Positions 28,200 to 37,187 of a stretch of 64,000 nucleotides of DNA are shown here, in pieces. The notes beneath the pieces were generated by a model that did no database searches, was not told the DNA's origin, and saw only the letters and a list, made by a program, of their open reading frames with translations. Numbering within the stretch: position 1 is the stretch's first letter; each line of letters opens with the position of its first letter. Location of the stretch: NCBI GenBank assembly GCA_036526255.1, contig DATCYW010000017.1, positions 8,675 through 72,674 of the forward strand. Reading direction: 5' to 3'. Source of the DNA: Malonomonas sp. (GTDB lineage Bacteria > Desulfobacterota > Desulfuromonadia > Desulfuromonadales > Geopsychrobacteraceae). A program made the translations under genes and the position numbers.

Positions 28200-29645
28200 T
28201 TACTTTCGCCAGAAGGATGGGAAGAACAGTACCAGCACGGTGAACAGCTCCAGTCGGCCCATCAGCATGCAGACAATCAGTACCGATTTGCCGAACGCCG
28301 GAATATGGGCAAAGTTATCGACCGGACCGACGGTCCCGAGCCCCGGGCCAATATTGGCCAGGCAGGCAACAACCGCCGCACCGCCGGAAACCAGATCCAT
28401 CCCGCAGGCCGCCATCAGCAGCGAAGCGGCAACAAAAATTCCAATGAACAGGGCAAAGAAACCAAGGATTGCCTGCATAACATCTTTGTCAACCGGCCGG
28501 TTGCCGAGCTTGACCAGTCGCACCGCACGGGGGTGGATCAGCCGGAAAACCTGCACCTGTACATGCTTGAAAAGCAGCAGAATTCTGACCACTTTCATGC
28601 CGCCGCCGGTTGAGCCGGCACAGCCGCCGATGAACATCAGCATGATCAATATGTACTGTGCCATGACCGGCCAGCCTTCATAATCCGCAGTACCGAAGCC
28701 GGTGGTGGTGATAATCGAACTGACCTGGAAAATCGAATAGCGCAAGTTGTCGCCGAGGTTGGTGTAGACTCCACCGATCCCATTGAAAAGCATGATCACC
28801 AGCGTCGCGACCAGGATGATGGCCAGATAGCAGCGGAGCTCTTCGTTGCGGTAAAAATCGCCCAGACGACCGCGCAATATCTGAAAGTGCAGGGTGAAAT
28901 TAACCCCGGCCAGGATCATGAAAAAGGTGATGACCGCGTCGATATAACTGCTGTCGTAGGCTGCTACCGAAGTGTTACGGGTGGAAAAACCGCCAGTTGC
29001 CAGGGTCGCGAACGAGTGGCAGATGGCGTCAAAAAAGTTCATCCCGCCGAACATCAGCAGCAGTGTTTCTGTCGCTGTCAGCAGCACATAGGCGCCCCAT
29101 AACAGCTTTGCGGTATCCTGAATCCGCGGTTTCAGGCGGTCTGCGGTCGGCCCAGGCACTTCGGCTTTGAACAGCTGCATCCCCCCGACTCCGAGCATCG
29201 GCAGGATCGCCAGTGACAGCACGATGATCCCCATCCCGCCCAGCCAGTGCGTCAGGGCGCGCCAGAAGTGCAGACTTTTCGGCAGGGCCTCGATGTCGGT
29301 CAGGATGGTCGAACCGGTGGTGGTAAAGCCGCTCATGGTTTCGAAGCAGGCATCCAGCGGTGAGGGGATGGCGCCGGAAAGCAGATAGGGCAGCGCGCCG
29401 AAAATGGCGAAAAAGGTCCAGGCGAAGGTCACTACGGCGAAGCCGTCGCGGACGGAGAGCTCGGCACGGCACTTGACCAGGCGGAACATCAGACCGCCGA
29501 CCGTCAGGCAGATGAGCGCTGAAAGCAAAAAAGCCGGCCAGGCACCGTCATCGTAATAAAAGGAGAACGGCAGCGGCAGCAGCAGGGTTGCGGCCAAAAA
29601 CAGCAGCAGCGCGCCGAGAATTCGGGTGGTCAGCAGCAGGTTCAT
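28200..29645 (-). CDS. trkH: Trk potassium uptake membrane protein
   Basis: 'FETMSGFTTTG', 'WLGGMGII', 'TGGFS', 'GCAGSTGGG', 'ANIGPG', 'MGRLE'. Confidence 0.96.
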   Translation of the reverse strand: MNLLLTTRILGALLLFLAATLLLPLPFSFYYDDGAWPAFLLSALICLTVGGLMFRLVKCRAELSVRDGFAVVTFAWTFFAIFGALPYLLSGAIPSPLDACFETMSGFTTTGSTILTDIEALPKSLHFWRALTHWLGGMGIIVLSLAILPMLGVGGMQLFKAEVPGPTADRLKPRIQDTAKLLWGAYVLLTATETLLLMFGGMNFFDAICHSFATLATGGFSTRNTSVAAYDSSYIDAVITFFMILAGVNFTLHFQILRGRLGDFYRNEELRCYLAIILVATLVIMLFNGIGGVYTNLGDNLRYSIFQVSSIITTTGFGTADYEGWPVMAQYILIMLMFIGGCAGSTGGGMKVVRILLLFKHVQVQVFRLIHPRAVRLVKLGNRPVDKDVMQAILGFFALFIGIFVAASLLMAACGMDLVSGGAAVVACLANIGPGLGTVGPVDNFAHIPAFGKSVLIVCMLMGRLELFTVLVLFFPSFWRK

Positions 29646-29647
29646 TG

Positions 29648-31000
29648 TTAAGAGAAGAACCTTTCGACTTTCTGCAAGGCTTCCGGAAGGGCGAAGATCA
29701 GCACCCGGTCGCCACTTCGCAGCTGACTTTCACCGGTCGGAATTTCATAACTGCTGTTATGGACAATGGCCCCGATGATTGCGCCGCGTGGAAAGTGCAG
29801 CGCTCGCAGCGGGATGTTTAACAGGCCGCTGCTCTCTTTGATTTCAATCTCCAGGACCTCCGAATTGCTCCCATCTACGGCGGTCAGCGAGATGATGTCG
29901 CCACGACGGACGAATTTCAGGATCGCTCCGGCAGCGGCAAGGCGCGGTGAAACGCAGGCGTCGATCCCCAGATCAGAAGCCAACCCGAGCAGCTCCGGTT
30001 GGCTGACCAGCGCCAGAGTCCGGCGCACCCGATGTTGCCTTGCGAGCAGGCAGGTCAGGATGTTGGTCTCGTCATTCTGGGTGACCGCGATAAATACATC
30101 CGCGTCCGCCAGCCCTTCATCCAGCAGGGTAGAAACATCAAGTCCGTCGGTGTTTAGCACGACGGTCTTGTTCAGCTTTTCAGCCAGCTTGTGACAGCGA
30201 TCTTCATTCTTTTCAATCAGCTTGGTGTTGAAACGAAGATCCTCCAGGCTCTGCGCCACCTGCACGCCGATCCGGCTGCCGCCGAGCACGAAGGCCCGGT
30301 GGGTCGATTTGGCCTCAACTTTTTCCGACTGCAACAGGTAGTTGATGGCCGGCAGTTCGCGGTGATGGGCAAAAATATAGATACGGTCGCCGCTCTGGAT
30401 AATGTCATCACCGCGCGGAATAATGGTGTCACTGCCGCGGTTGATGGCGACGACGACGAATTTATACATGCCGCGCAGCTCGCCCAGCTCGGCCAGCGTC
30501 AGATCGCACAAGGGGCTGGAGGGGGTGATCCGGTAGCCCTGAAAGTGAATCTGACCTTCGGCAAATTCTGCAACATCGAAAGCCCTGGCGCTGCAGGCCA
30601 GTTTGGAGAGTTCCTCGGCCACCGCATCTTCGGGGTTGATCAGCAGATCGATGCCGAGCTTTTCCTTGGAGAGGATTGCCTTACTGTTTGAAAATTCGAT
30701 GCTCTTGGTGCGGGCGACGCGGGTTTTGACCTGATATTCGCGCGCCAGCAGGCAGGCAAGGATATTGACTTCATCCTTGTTGGTAACGGCGATAAAGATA
30801 TCGGTGGTTTTGATCCCCGCCTGTTCCAGCATTTCGGCACTGGCGCCGTTACCGGTGACGCCGAGAACGTTCAGTCGGTCCTGGGCCCGCTCGACCTTCT
30901 CCTCGTCCTGGTCAATCAGGGTCACTTCATGCCCTTCGCGGGACAGTCGGTCGCAAAGGAAGTAGCCAACCTGCCCGGCGCCGACGATAAGGATTTTCAT
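29648..31000 (-). CDS. trkA: Trk potassium uptake NAD-binding subunit
   Basis: Two RCK_N/RCK_C repeats: 'IVGAGQVG', 'VLGGSRIG', 'IIPRGDD'. Confidence 0.96.
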   Translation of the reverse strand: MKILIVGAGQVGYFLCDRLSREGHEVTLIDQDEEKVERAQDRLNVLGVTGNGASAEMLEQAGIKTTDIFIAVTNKDEVNILACLLAREYQVKTRVARTKSIEFSNSKAILSKEKLGIDLLINPEDAVAEELSKLACSARAFDVAEFAEGQIHFQGYRITPSSPLCDLTLAELGELRGMYKFVVVAINRGSDTIIPRGDDIIQSGDRIYIFAHHRELPAINYLLQSEKVEAKSTHRAFVLGGSRIGVQVAQSLEDLRFNTKLIEKNEDRCHKLAEKLNKTVVLNTDGLDVSTLLDEGLADADVFIAVTQNDETNILTCLLARQHRVRRTLALVSQPELLGLASDLGIDACVSPRLAAAGAILKFVRRGDIISLTAVDGSNSEVLEIEIKESSGLLNIPLRALHFPRGAIIGAIVHNSSYEIPTGESQLRSGDRVLIFALPEALQKVERFFS

Positions 31001-31117
31001 GGATGATCCCTTTTACAGAAGCTGTATTCACACGCGAAAAGACGCCCGCCAAGATCGCATAAAATGCACATTTGTGCAATAATGCCGACCTCAGTTAAGG
31101 GAGGTCGAGAGCGTATT

Positions 31118-31420
31118 ATGGATGATTTTTCTATCGATGTGGATGATGCAACCATCCGTCGGGAGCGCGAAAAAGCCCGCGAGTTGCGCAAGCAAGGCTG
31201 GTGGCAGAGCCGAGTTTCCAGAGGAGTTTGTCATTATTGCGAACAGCAGGTGCCGGCGAAAGAGCTGACTCTGGATCACATCTTGCCGCTGGCGCGTGGC
31301 GGCCGCAGCACCAAGGGGAATTGTGTCCCGGCCTGCAAAGAGTGCAACAACCAGAAAAAAAATCTGCTGCCGCTGGAGTGGGAGGAGCACTTGCAGAGGC
31401 TGAAAGACCGGTCGCAGTAA
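31118..31420 (+). CDS. Stand-alone HNH endonuclease (100 aa)
   Basis: 'CHYC...TLDHILPLARGG...NCVPACKECNNQK'; GGAGG upstream of ATG 31118. Confidence 0.9.
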   Translation: MDDFSIDVDDATIRREREKARELRKQGWWQSRVSRGVCHYCEQQVPAKELTLDHILPLARGGRSTKGNCVPACKECNNQKKNLLPLEWEEHLQRLKDRSQ

Positions 31421-31428
31421 CAATCAAT

Positions 31429-31471
31429 AAACAACAAAGCGGCTGCCTGACTGGCAGCCGCTTTGTTGTTT
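31429..31471. terminator. Bidirectional terminator, perfect 19-bp stem
   Basis: AAACAACAAAGCGGCTGCC-TGACT-GGCAGCCGCTTTGTTGTTT between convergent genes. Confidence 0.88.
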
Positions 31472-31476
31472 CAGTC

Positions 31477-34400
31477 TCAGGCCGCCGGCATCTGCCGGTA
31501 ATTGCGGGCCTTGGTATAGAGCTCCTGATACTGCTCTGCTGATTTTGTCCAGCTGAAATCCTGGGTCATCCCGCGTTTGACCAGCGTCAGCCAGCGGCTG
31601 CGTTGCGGGTAGATAGCCAGGGCGCGGTCGATGGCTTCCAGCAACTGCGCCGGCTCGGATTTCTCAAAGATAAAGCCATACCCCTGGCGCGGGTGCGCAT
31701 CGACATCCAGCACCGTGTCAGCCAGTCCGCCGGTGTTGCGGACCACCGGCAGGGCGCCGTAGGTCAGGGAGATCATCTGCGTCAGTCCGCAGGGCTCATA
31801 CAGGCTGGGCACCAGCAGCAGATCGCTGGCGGCATAGACCCGGTGTGAGAGGTTTTCGTCAAAGCCGAGGTTGATCGATACCTTGCCGGGATATTTACCT
31901 GCCTGGGCGCCCCAGAACGCCATCGCGTCCTGATTGCCGGAGCCGAGCAGGACGAACTGGACGTCGCGGGTCAGCAGGTCGCCCCAGATCTTTTCCACCA
32001 GGTCGATCCCCTTTTGCCGGTCGAGCCGGCTGACCAGGGCGATAATCGGCACATCATGGCGCTGCTCCAGCCCCAACTCCTTCTGCAGTAACCGCTTGCA
32101 GGCGCGCTTGCCGTTCAGGTTTTCCGCGTTAAAGGCGGTCGGCAGCGCCGTATCCAGCGCCGGGTCCCAGCTGCGGCGGTCCAGCCCGTTGATGATGCCG
32201 TGCAGATCCTCTTTGCGCTGCTGCAGTATCCCCTCAAAGCCGTGCCCCTGTTCGGCGCTCTGAATTTCCCGGCAGTAGGTCGGCGACACCGTGTTGATCA
32301 CGTCGGCATAGTTGATCCCGCCTTTGAGCGCGGAAATGTTGCCGAAATACTCCATTCCTTGTGCGGAGGCCAGTGAACTGTCCATCCCCAGCAGACGCAG
32401 CGTGTCCAGCGGGAAGGTGCCCTGATAGCCGAGATTGTGGATGGTCAGCAGGGTGGCGATTGACGAATAAAAGGGGTTGTGGCGCAGCTCTGTTCTCAGC
32501 AGCGCGGGGATAAAGCTGGTCTGCCAGTCGTGAATATGGATGACGTCCGGCCGGAAATCGAGCCGCTTGATCATCTCCAGAACCGCGCGACAGAAAAAGC
32601 CGAACCGCAGACTGTTGTCGGCGTAATCCCCTTCAGCAGTGCCGTAGAGTGGATCGCGGTCGAAAAATTCCGGACAATCGATAAACCAGTAGGGGACGCC
32701 ATCGTGCGAGGCCTGCTTGAGGCTGCCCCGATAGGCGGTGCCGTCAAGGGTCACTTCAACACTTTTGCGCCCTTTGCGCAGACTGACGCCGCTGCGTTCG
32801 GCGGAGCGGTGGCCAGGGAGGATGACCCTTACATCGTGGCCTAACTGGCGCAACGCGCGCGGCAACGATCCGGCAACATCGGCAAGTCCGCCGGTCTTGG
32901 CAAAGGGGGTCGCTTCGGGGGTGACAAAGAGAATCTTCATTGAGGTAGTGCCTCCTGAGACTGAAGGCAGGGCCGGTTTATCCGGTTCCGCACCTTCGAG
33001 GCACTGCAAAAAAATATCCACCTGATAGTCGGATTTTGCTGCATAGGCAACGACAGTCCGACGGTTAATTAATAATTCATCTATAATTTGTGATAACTCA
33101 TCAAGATCAGCGGAATTGTCTTTATAAGAATGAAAGATTAAAAATTGAAAAAAGATGCCAAGAGAGCTGTTCAGGGCCTGCTGGTCGAACCAGTCTACTT
33201 CATTATAATAATTACATTTGAGGAGTTTTCGCCAGTCTCTCCGGTTAAATAACCGGTCCAATGGCGGGTACAGTTTCTCAGGGGTCAGATTTTCGCTGTT
33301 GATTAATCGGTCATCCAACCCTTGCAGCGCGGCAAAGTCGCCCTCCAGTGCATCCGAAAAATGGCTTCTGAAGGAGATCTGCAGCAGCTGTTCAGGGTCG
33401 TAACCTTTCTGCTGTAATTGCTCCAACTCTGTCATCGCCCGCTTGACGCAATCACGGAAAGATTTCTGCGCTGCCGTCGGTTCTTCAAGTTCAAGCAGCT
33501 GTTGGCAGACGGCGGCGAAAGGCTCAAGTGGTAGCGCGGCATGGTCGGTCCAGAGGTTGCGACGTCCGCTGCTGCCATGGCGTTGCCAGAGCTGTTGCCA
33601 GCGGCCATCCTGATCCCGGACTGCGGTGAAGTCGGTGAAGACGTGGTGACAGTAAGGGGGCAGGCTAAAGGTGCCGCCTGCGCGCATGGCGGCGGTCGGT
33701 TGCAGGTGCTGAAGCCCTGAAGCCAGATCGGTCAAGAGGATAAAGTCGCTCCGCTGGTCAATATTGCAGGCTGCGGCAACGCCCTGTTGCTTTGCATCGG
33801 CGCGGGGAGCCGGTTCAGCGACCCGGCCGTTGATCTGCAGTGGTGAATTATTACAGAGGATCAGAACCTGTTGTTGCGCCAGGCGATTGCTGTAGGCAAA
33901 GACGTTCTCTTCGACGCCGTAGTCGGAAACAAAATCATAGAGCTGGAAATCCGTAGCACCGCTGAACAGGGCCCGCTTACGCAGCAGCGGGAAGGTCTCA
34001 CGCTGGTGTCTGTTCAACAAGTGCTGATCGGCCTGTTCCTGCCAGCGCGGCGTCAGGTACTCCATGCCGTACTTCTCGCTAAAGCCTTCGATCTGGCCGT
34101 GACCGAACATCGGCAGCCCCGGCATGGTCGCCAGCATGGTCGCTACGCAAAAATATTTGTCATCTTTACCGAATTGCTCGATCGCCGGTTTTTCATCCGG
34201 ATTGCTCATGAAATTGACAAAGCGCTGTAGGATCGCCGGATCGAAAGAAAGAATATTCTTGATGGTCTGCCGGTACTTGGCGTTCTCCTCGCGCTTCAGC
34301 ATGTTCATAAAGGCGCTGTTGTAGACGCGGTGCATGCCGAGGGTGCGGACGAAGTAGCCCTCCATCAGCCAAAAGGCCTCAGCGACCAGCAGGGTGTCGG

Positions 34401-36120
34401 GGGCTTCCTGACGGACCCGGTCGACCAGTTCACGCCAGAATTCAAGTGGGAAGAACCGATTGAATTCTTCCTGCGGCAAGGCATGGTCGGCGCGCGATGG
34501 TACCCCGGCGCCACCGCCTGGCAGTGGGAACCAGAGCCGCTGGAAGTGCTTTTTCGCCAGCGTCATGGCCGCGTCGAAGCGGATGACCCGGAAGCGTTTT
34601 GCCACCGACAGGATCAGCTGGATCATGGTTTCGCGCACCTGCGGCAGCAGGTAGTTCAGCTGGGCGGTGTCGTTCCACGGCAGGTGGGTGCCGTCGTTGC
34701 CGTGATAGAGGTAGCGCACTTCGCCGCTGTGATGATTCAGGTAACGACAGGTGACCGCCGCTTCGCTGTGGTCGTAGTAGCCGTCCTCGATCTGTACCGT
34801 AAAATCGCCGTCCTCACTCAGGTCCGGGCCGGTGTAACGGTAGCCGGGGTAGGGGGGATGACTCAGCTGGATGAACCAGTCGGGGTGTTCTTTGACCCAG
34901 GCTGAATCGATGCCGGTGTGATTGGTGACCACGTCGCAGGCCAGATCGATGCCGCGTTGCCGGCAGCGCCCACGCAGGTTTTCCAGCGCCGCGTCGCCGC
35001 CCAGATCCTCGGCAATCTTATAGTCGTGGATGGCATAGGCCGAGGCCGCCACCTGCAGCTGTCCGCAGAGCTGTTTGATTTTCTGCGAGGCTCTGGAGCG
35101 TTGCCAGATGCCGATCAGCCAGAGACTGTTGAAGCCGTTACCGGCAATTTCATTCAGCTCCGCGTCGGGGATCTGGTCGAGGCGATAGATGTGCTGACCG
35201 TACTTGTCCGACAGCTGATGCAGCCAGACGTAAATGGTTTTGGCCAGCAGGACGGTGCGTGGCATCCAGTCGAGATCGGCGGTGAAGTTCGCAAACTCGG
35301 CATTCAGATAGTTGGCCGGATCGAGCGTGGTGGTCGCAACTTCGCCTGGATGGCCCGGGCGATGTCCTTCCTGTTCATAATGGCTGATTGAGTCGGAGAT
35401 CTGCGCCAGCAGCTCGGCAGGCAGTATGCCGCTCCAGGTCTTTTGCAGCAACAGCAGCTGCTCGCGCAGCGATTTGCTGCTTTGCAACGGCTTCAGCAAG
35501 CGCTCCAGCAAGGAATCAGGCAGATGGCCATAGCCATCATCAACTTCTGGCAGCGCCAGATCGATCTGCTGCAGCGCCAGATGATACTGGGTGGTCTGTT
35601 GCAGTTGCAGCTCTTCACGCTGAAAGAGCGGCGCGGCTGACTGCAGCGCCGGGTTCTGGCTCTGAACGCGCAGCAGAAACAGTTCGAGCAGCAGTTCATC
35701 CAGTTTGCCCAGCTGTTCAAGTTGCCGCAGCAGTTGACCGATGTCGCTCTGCCCCAGGCTGATCGGAACCGTGGGGAACAGTTTGAGGAATGCCGAAAAA
35801 AGAGTTTCCAGTTGTGGCAGTTCCAGCGAACTGTCGGTCAGCATCACGCGGTTGCGGAACGTTTTACAGTTGCGGCTGGCCAGATAGTGTCGGCCAATCT
35901 GCAGCAGCACCCGGTTCAGGGTTGCCCAGAGATCCAGTTCGCCGGCGGTCGGCGCCGCTGCCGATTGTTCGCGCAGGTGATCAGCGATCAGATGCAAGAA
36001 ATAGGTGCGCCCGGGCGGCGGCGATTGACGGAACTGCTCGGTCAGTTGCAATTGCTGCCAGAGGTTCTGGCCGCATTGGACGCCGAGCGGGTAGTGTGCT
36101 TGTCTTAAAAAATCATTCAT
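31477..36120 (-). CDS. glgA: Fusion of a GH13 alpha-amylase-family domain (aa 1-1060) and glycogen synthase GlgA (aa 1061-1547)
   Basis: GH13 'DVVTNHTG', 'RFDAAM', 'VAEAFW', 'NPDE'; GT5 'KTGGL', 'HDWQT', 'TIHNLGYQG', 'PSLYEPCGL'; no stop between them; internal AGGAGG and ATG at 32940. Confidence 0.88.
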   Translation of the reverse strand: MNDFLRQAHYPLGVQCGQNLWQQLQLTEQFRQSPPPGRTYFLHLIADHLREQSAAAPTAGELDLWATLNRVLLQIGRHYLASRNCKTFRNRVMLTDSSLELPQLETLFSAFLKLFPTVPISLGQSDIGQLLRQLEQLGKLDELLLELFLLRVQSQNPALQSAAPLFQREELQLQQTTQYHLALQQIDLALPEVDDGYGHLPDSLLERLLKPLQSSKSLREQLLLLQKTWSGILPAELLAQISDSISHYEQEGHRPGHPGEVATTTLDPANYLNAEFANFTADLDWMPRTVLLAKTIYVWLHQLSDKYGQHIYRLDQIPDAELNEIAGNGFNSLWLIGIWQRSRASQKIKQLCGQLQVAASAYAIHDYKIAEDLGGDAALENLRGRCRQRGIDLACDVVTNHTGIDSAWVKEHPDWFIQLSHPPYPGYRYTGPDLSEDGDFTVQIEDGYYDHSEAAVTCRYLNHHSGEVRYLYHGNDGTHLPWNDTAQLNYLLPQVRETMIQLILSVAKRFRVIRFDAAMTLAKKHFQRLWFPLPGGGAGVPSRADHALPQEEFNRFFPLEFWRELVDRVRQEAPDTLLVAEAFWLMEGYFVRTLGMHRVYNSAFMNMLKREENAKYRQTIKNILSFDPAILQRFVNFMSNPDEKPAIEQFGKDDKYFCVATMLATMPGLPMFGHGQIEGFSEKYGMEYLTPRWQEQADQHLLNRHQRETFPLLRKRALFSGATDFQLYDFVSDYGVEENVFAYSNRLAQQQVLILCNNSPLQINGRVAEPAPRADAKQQGVAAACNIDQRSDFILLTDLASGLQHLQPTAAMRAGGTFSLPPYCHHVFTDFTAVRDQDGRWQQLWQRHGSSGRRNLWTDHAALPLEPFAAVCQQLLELEEPTAAQKSFRDCVKRAMTELEQLQQKGYDPEQLLQISFRSHFSDALEGDFAALQGLDDRLINSENLTPEKLYPPLDRLFNRRDWRKLLKCNYYNEVDWFDQQALNSSLGIFFQFLIFHSYKDNSADLDELSQIIDELLINRRTVVAYAAKSDYQVDIFLQCLEGAEPDKPALPSVSGGTTSMKILFVTPEATPFAKTGGLADVAGSLPRALRQLGHDVRVILPGHRSAERSGVSLRKGRKSVEVTLDGTAYRGSLKQASHDGVPYWFIDCPEFFDRDPLYGTAEGDYADNSLRFGFFCRAVLEMIKRLDFRPDVIHIHDWQTSFIPALLRTELRHNPFYSSIATLLTIHNLGYQGTFPLDTLRLLGMDSSLASAQGMEYFGNISALKGGINYADVINTVSPTYCREIQSAEQGHGFEGILQQRKEDLHGIINGLDRRSWDPALDTALPTAFNAENLNGKRACKRLLQKELGLEQRHDVPIIALVSRLDRQKGIDLVEKIWGDLLTRDVQFVLLGSGNQDAMAFWGAQAGKYPGKVSINLGFDENLSHRVYAASDLLLVPSLYEPCGLTQMISLTYGALPVVRNTGGLADTVLDVDAHPRQGYGFIFEKSEPAQLLEAIDRALAIYPQRSRWLTLVKRGMTQDFSWTKSAEQYQELYTKARNYRQMPAA

Positions 36121-36124
36121 AGGT

Positions 36125-37165
36125 TCAGTAAGTCACCGTTGGGTCTGAATTACGCAGAAATTCTGCCGCTTCTTCAGGGGGAGTCGGATTGATCTGGAAG
36201 CCGGAGCCCCATTCGAAACCGGCCACGCGGGTCAGTTTCGGAGCGATTTCAATGTGCCAATGGTAATCGGCCGGCAAGGATGCCCAGTAGTCGGGGCGTC
36301 CCCAGCGCAGGTGCATCGGCGGCGCGCTGTGGAGGATAAAGGAGTAGGGCGGATCGCGCAGCACCGTACGCAGTCGCCGCAGGGTGTCACGCAGGGTATC
36401 GGCCAGCAGCAACAGTTGCTGATCGGTCTGCAGGGTGTAATCGTGGCTGTGGTCAAGTGGCGCAATCATCAGTTCAAATGGCACGCTTGACGCGAAAGGA
36501 GCGTAAACGAGAAAATTTCCGTCGTCACGCACGACCCGGTCTTTGCTGTTGCGCTCCTGACTGAGCAGGTCACAGATCAGACAGCGCTGCTTGCGCTCGA
36601 AGTGTTCGCGGCAGGCCGCCAGTTCGTTGGCAACCAGCGGCGGAATCAGTGGCACTGCGATCAGTTGCGAGTGTGAATGGGGGACGTTGGCCGCGGCCTC
36701 GACGCCGTAATTTTTAAACACAAACAGGTAACGGAAACGACTGTCATTACGCAGATCGAGCATCCGGGTGCGGAAGGCTTTCAGCACCTCGGCGATTTCC
36801 TCGGCTGTCAGATCGGCCATGCTGCGTTCGTGGTCGGGATGCTCAATAATCACCTCGTGGGCACCGATCCCGTTCATCCGGTCGTAAAGCCCCTCGGCCT
36901 GATTGTTCAGTTCCCCTTCAATCCGCAGTGCCGGGAACTTGTTCGGGATCACCCTGACCTGCCAGCCGGGTTGATTCGCTTTGCTGGTGTTCGGACGGTA
37001 GGCGTAGATCTCCGGTGGGGTTTTTGCTTCATTGCCGTTGCAGAACGGGCAGGAGGCCATTTCGACCTGGCTGCGCTGTTGGATAAAATCCTGCGGCCGC
37101 CGGCTGCGCCCCTGGGTGATGATGGTCCAGTTGTTCTTCAATGGATCCCAGCGTAATTCTGACAC
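36125..37165 (-). CDS. galT: GalT-family hexose-1-phosphate nucleotidylyltransferase
   Basis: 'ELRWDP', 'CPFC', 'PNKFPAL', 'GAHEVIIE', HxHxQ 'HSHSQ', 'GFEWGSG'; GTG start. Confidence 0.92.
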   Translation of the reverse strand: MSELRWDPLKNNWTIITQGRSRRPQDFIQQRSQVEMASCPFCNGNEAKTPPEIYAYRPNTSKANQPGWQVRVIPNKFPALRIEGELNNQAEGLYDRMNGIGAHEVIIEHPDHERSMADLTAEEIAEVLKAFRTRMLDLRNDSRFRYLFVFKNYGVEAAANVPHSHSQLIAVPLIPPLVANELAACREHFERKQRCLICDLLSQERNSKDRVVRDDGNFLVYAPFASSVPFELMIAPLDHSHDYTLQTDQQLLLLADTLRDTLRRLRTVLRDPPYSFILHSAPPMHLRWGRPDYWASLPADYHWHIEIAPKLTRVAGFEWGSGFQINPTPPEEAAEFLRNSDPTVTY

Positions 37166-37187
37166 GTCACTATCCTTTCTCTGTCGA

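Noticed and set aside
31118-31420. HNH gene as a homing endonuclease or mobile element
   Set aside because: No intron, terminal repeats, target duplication or compositional shift; flanked by core genes.
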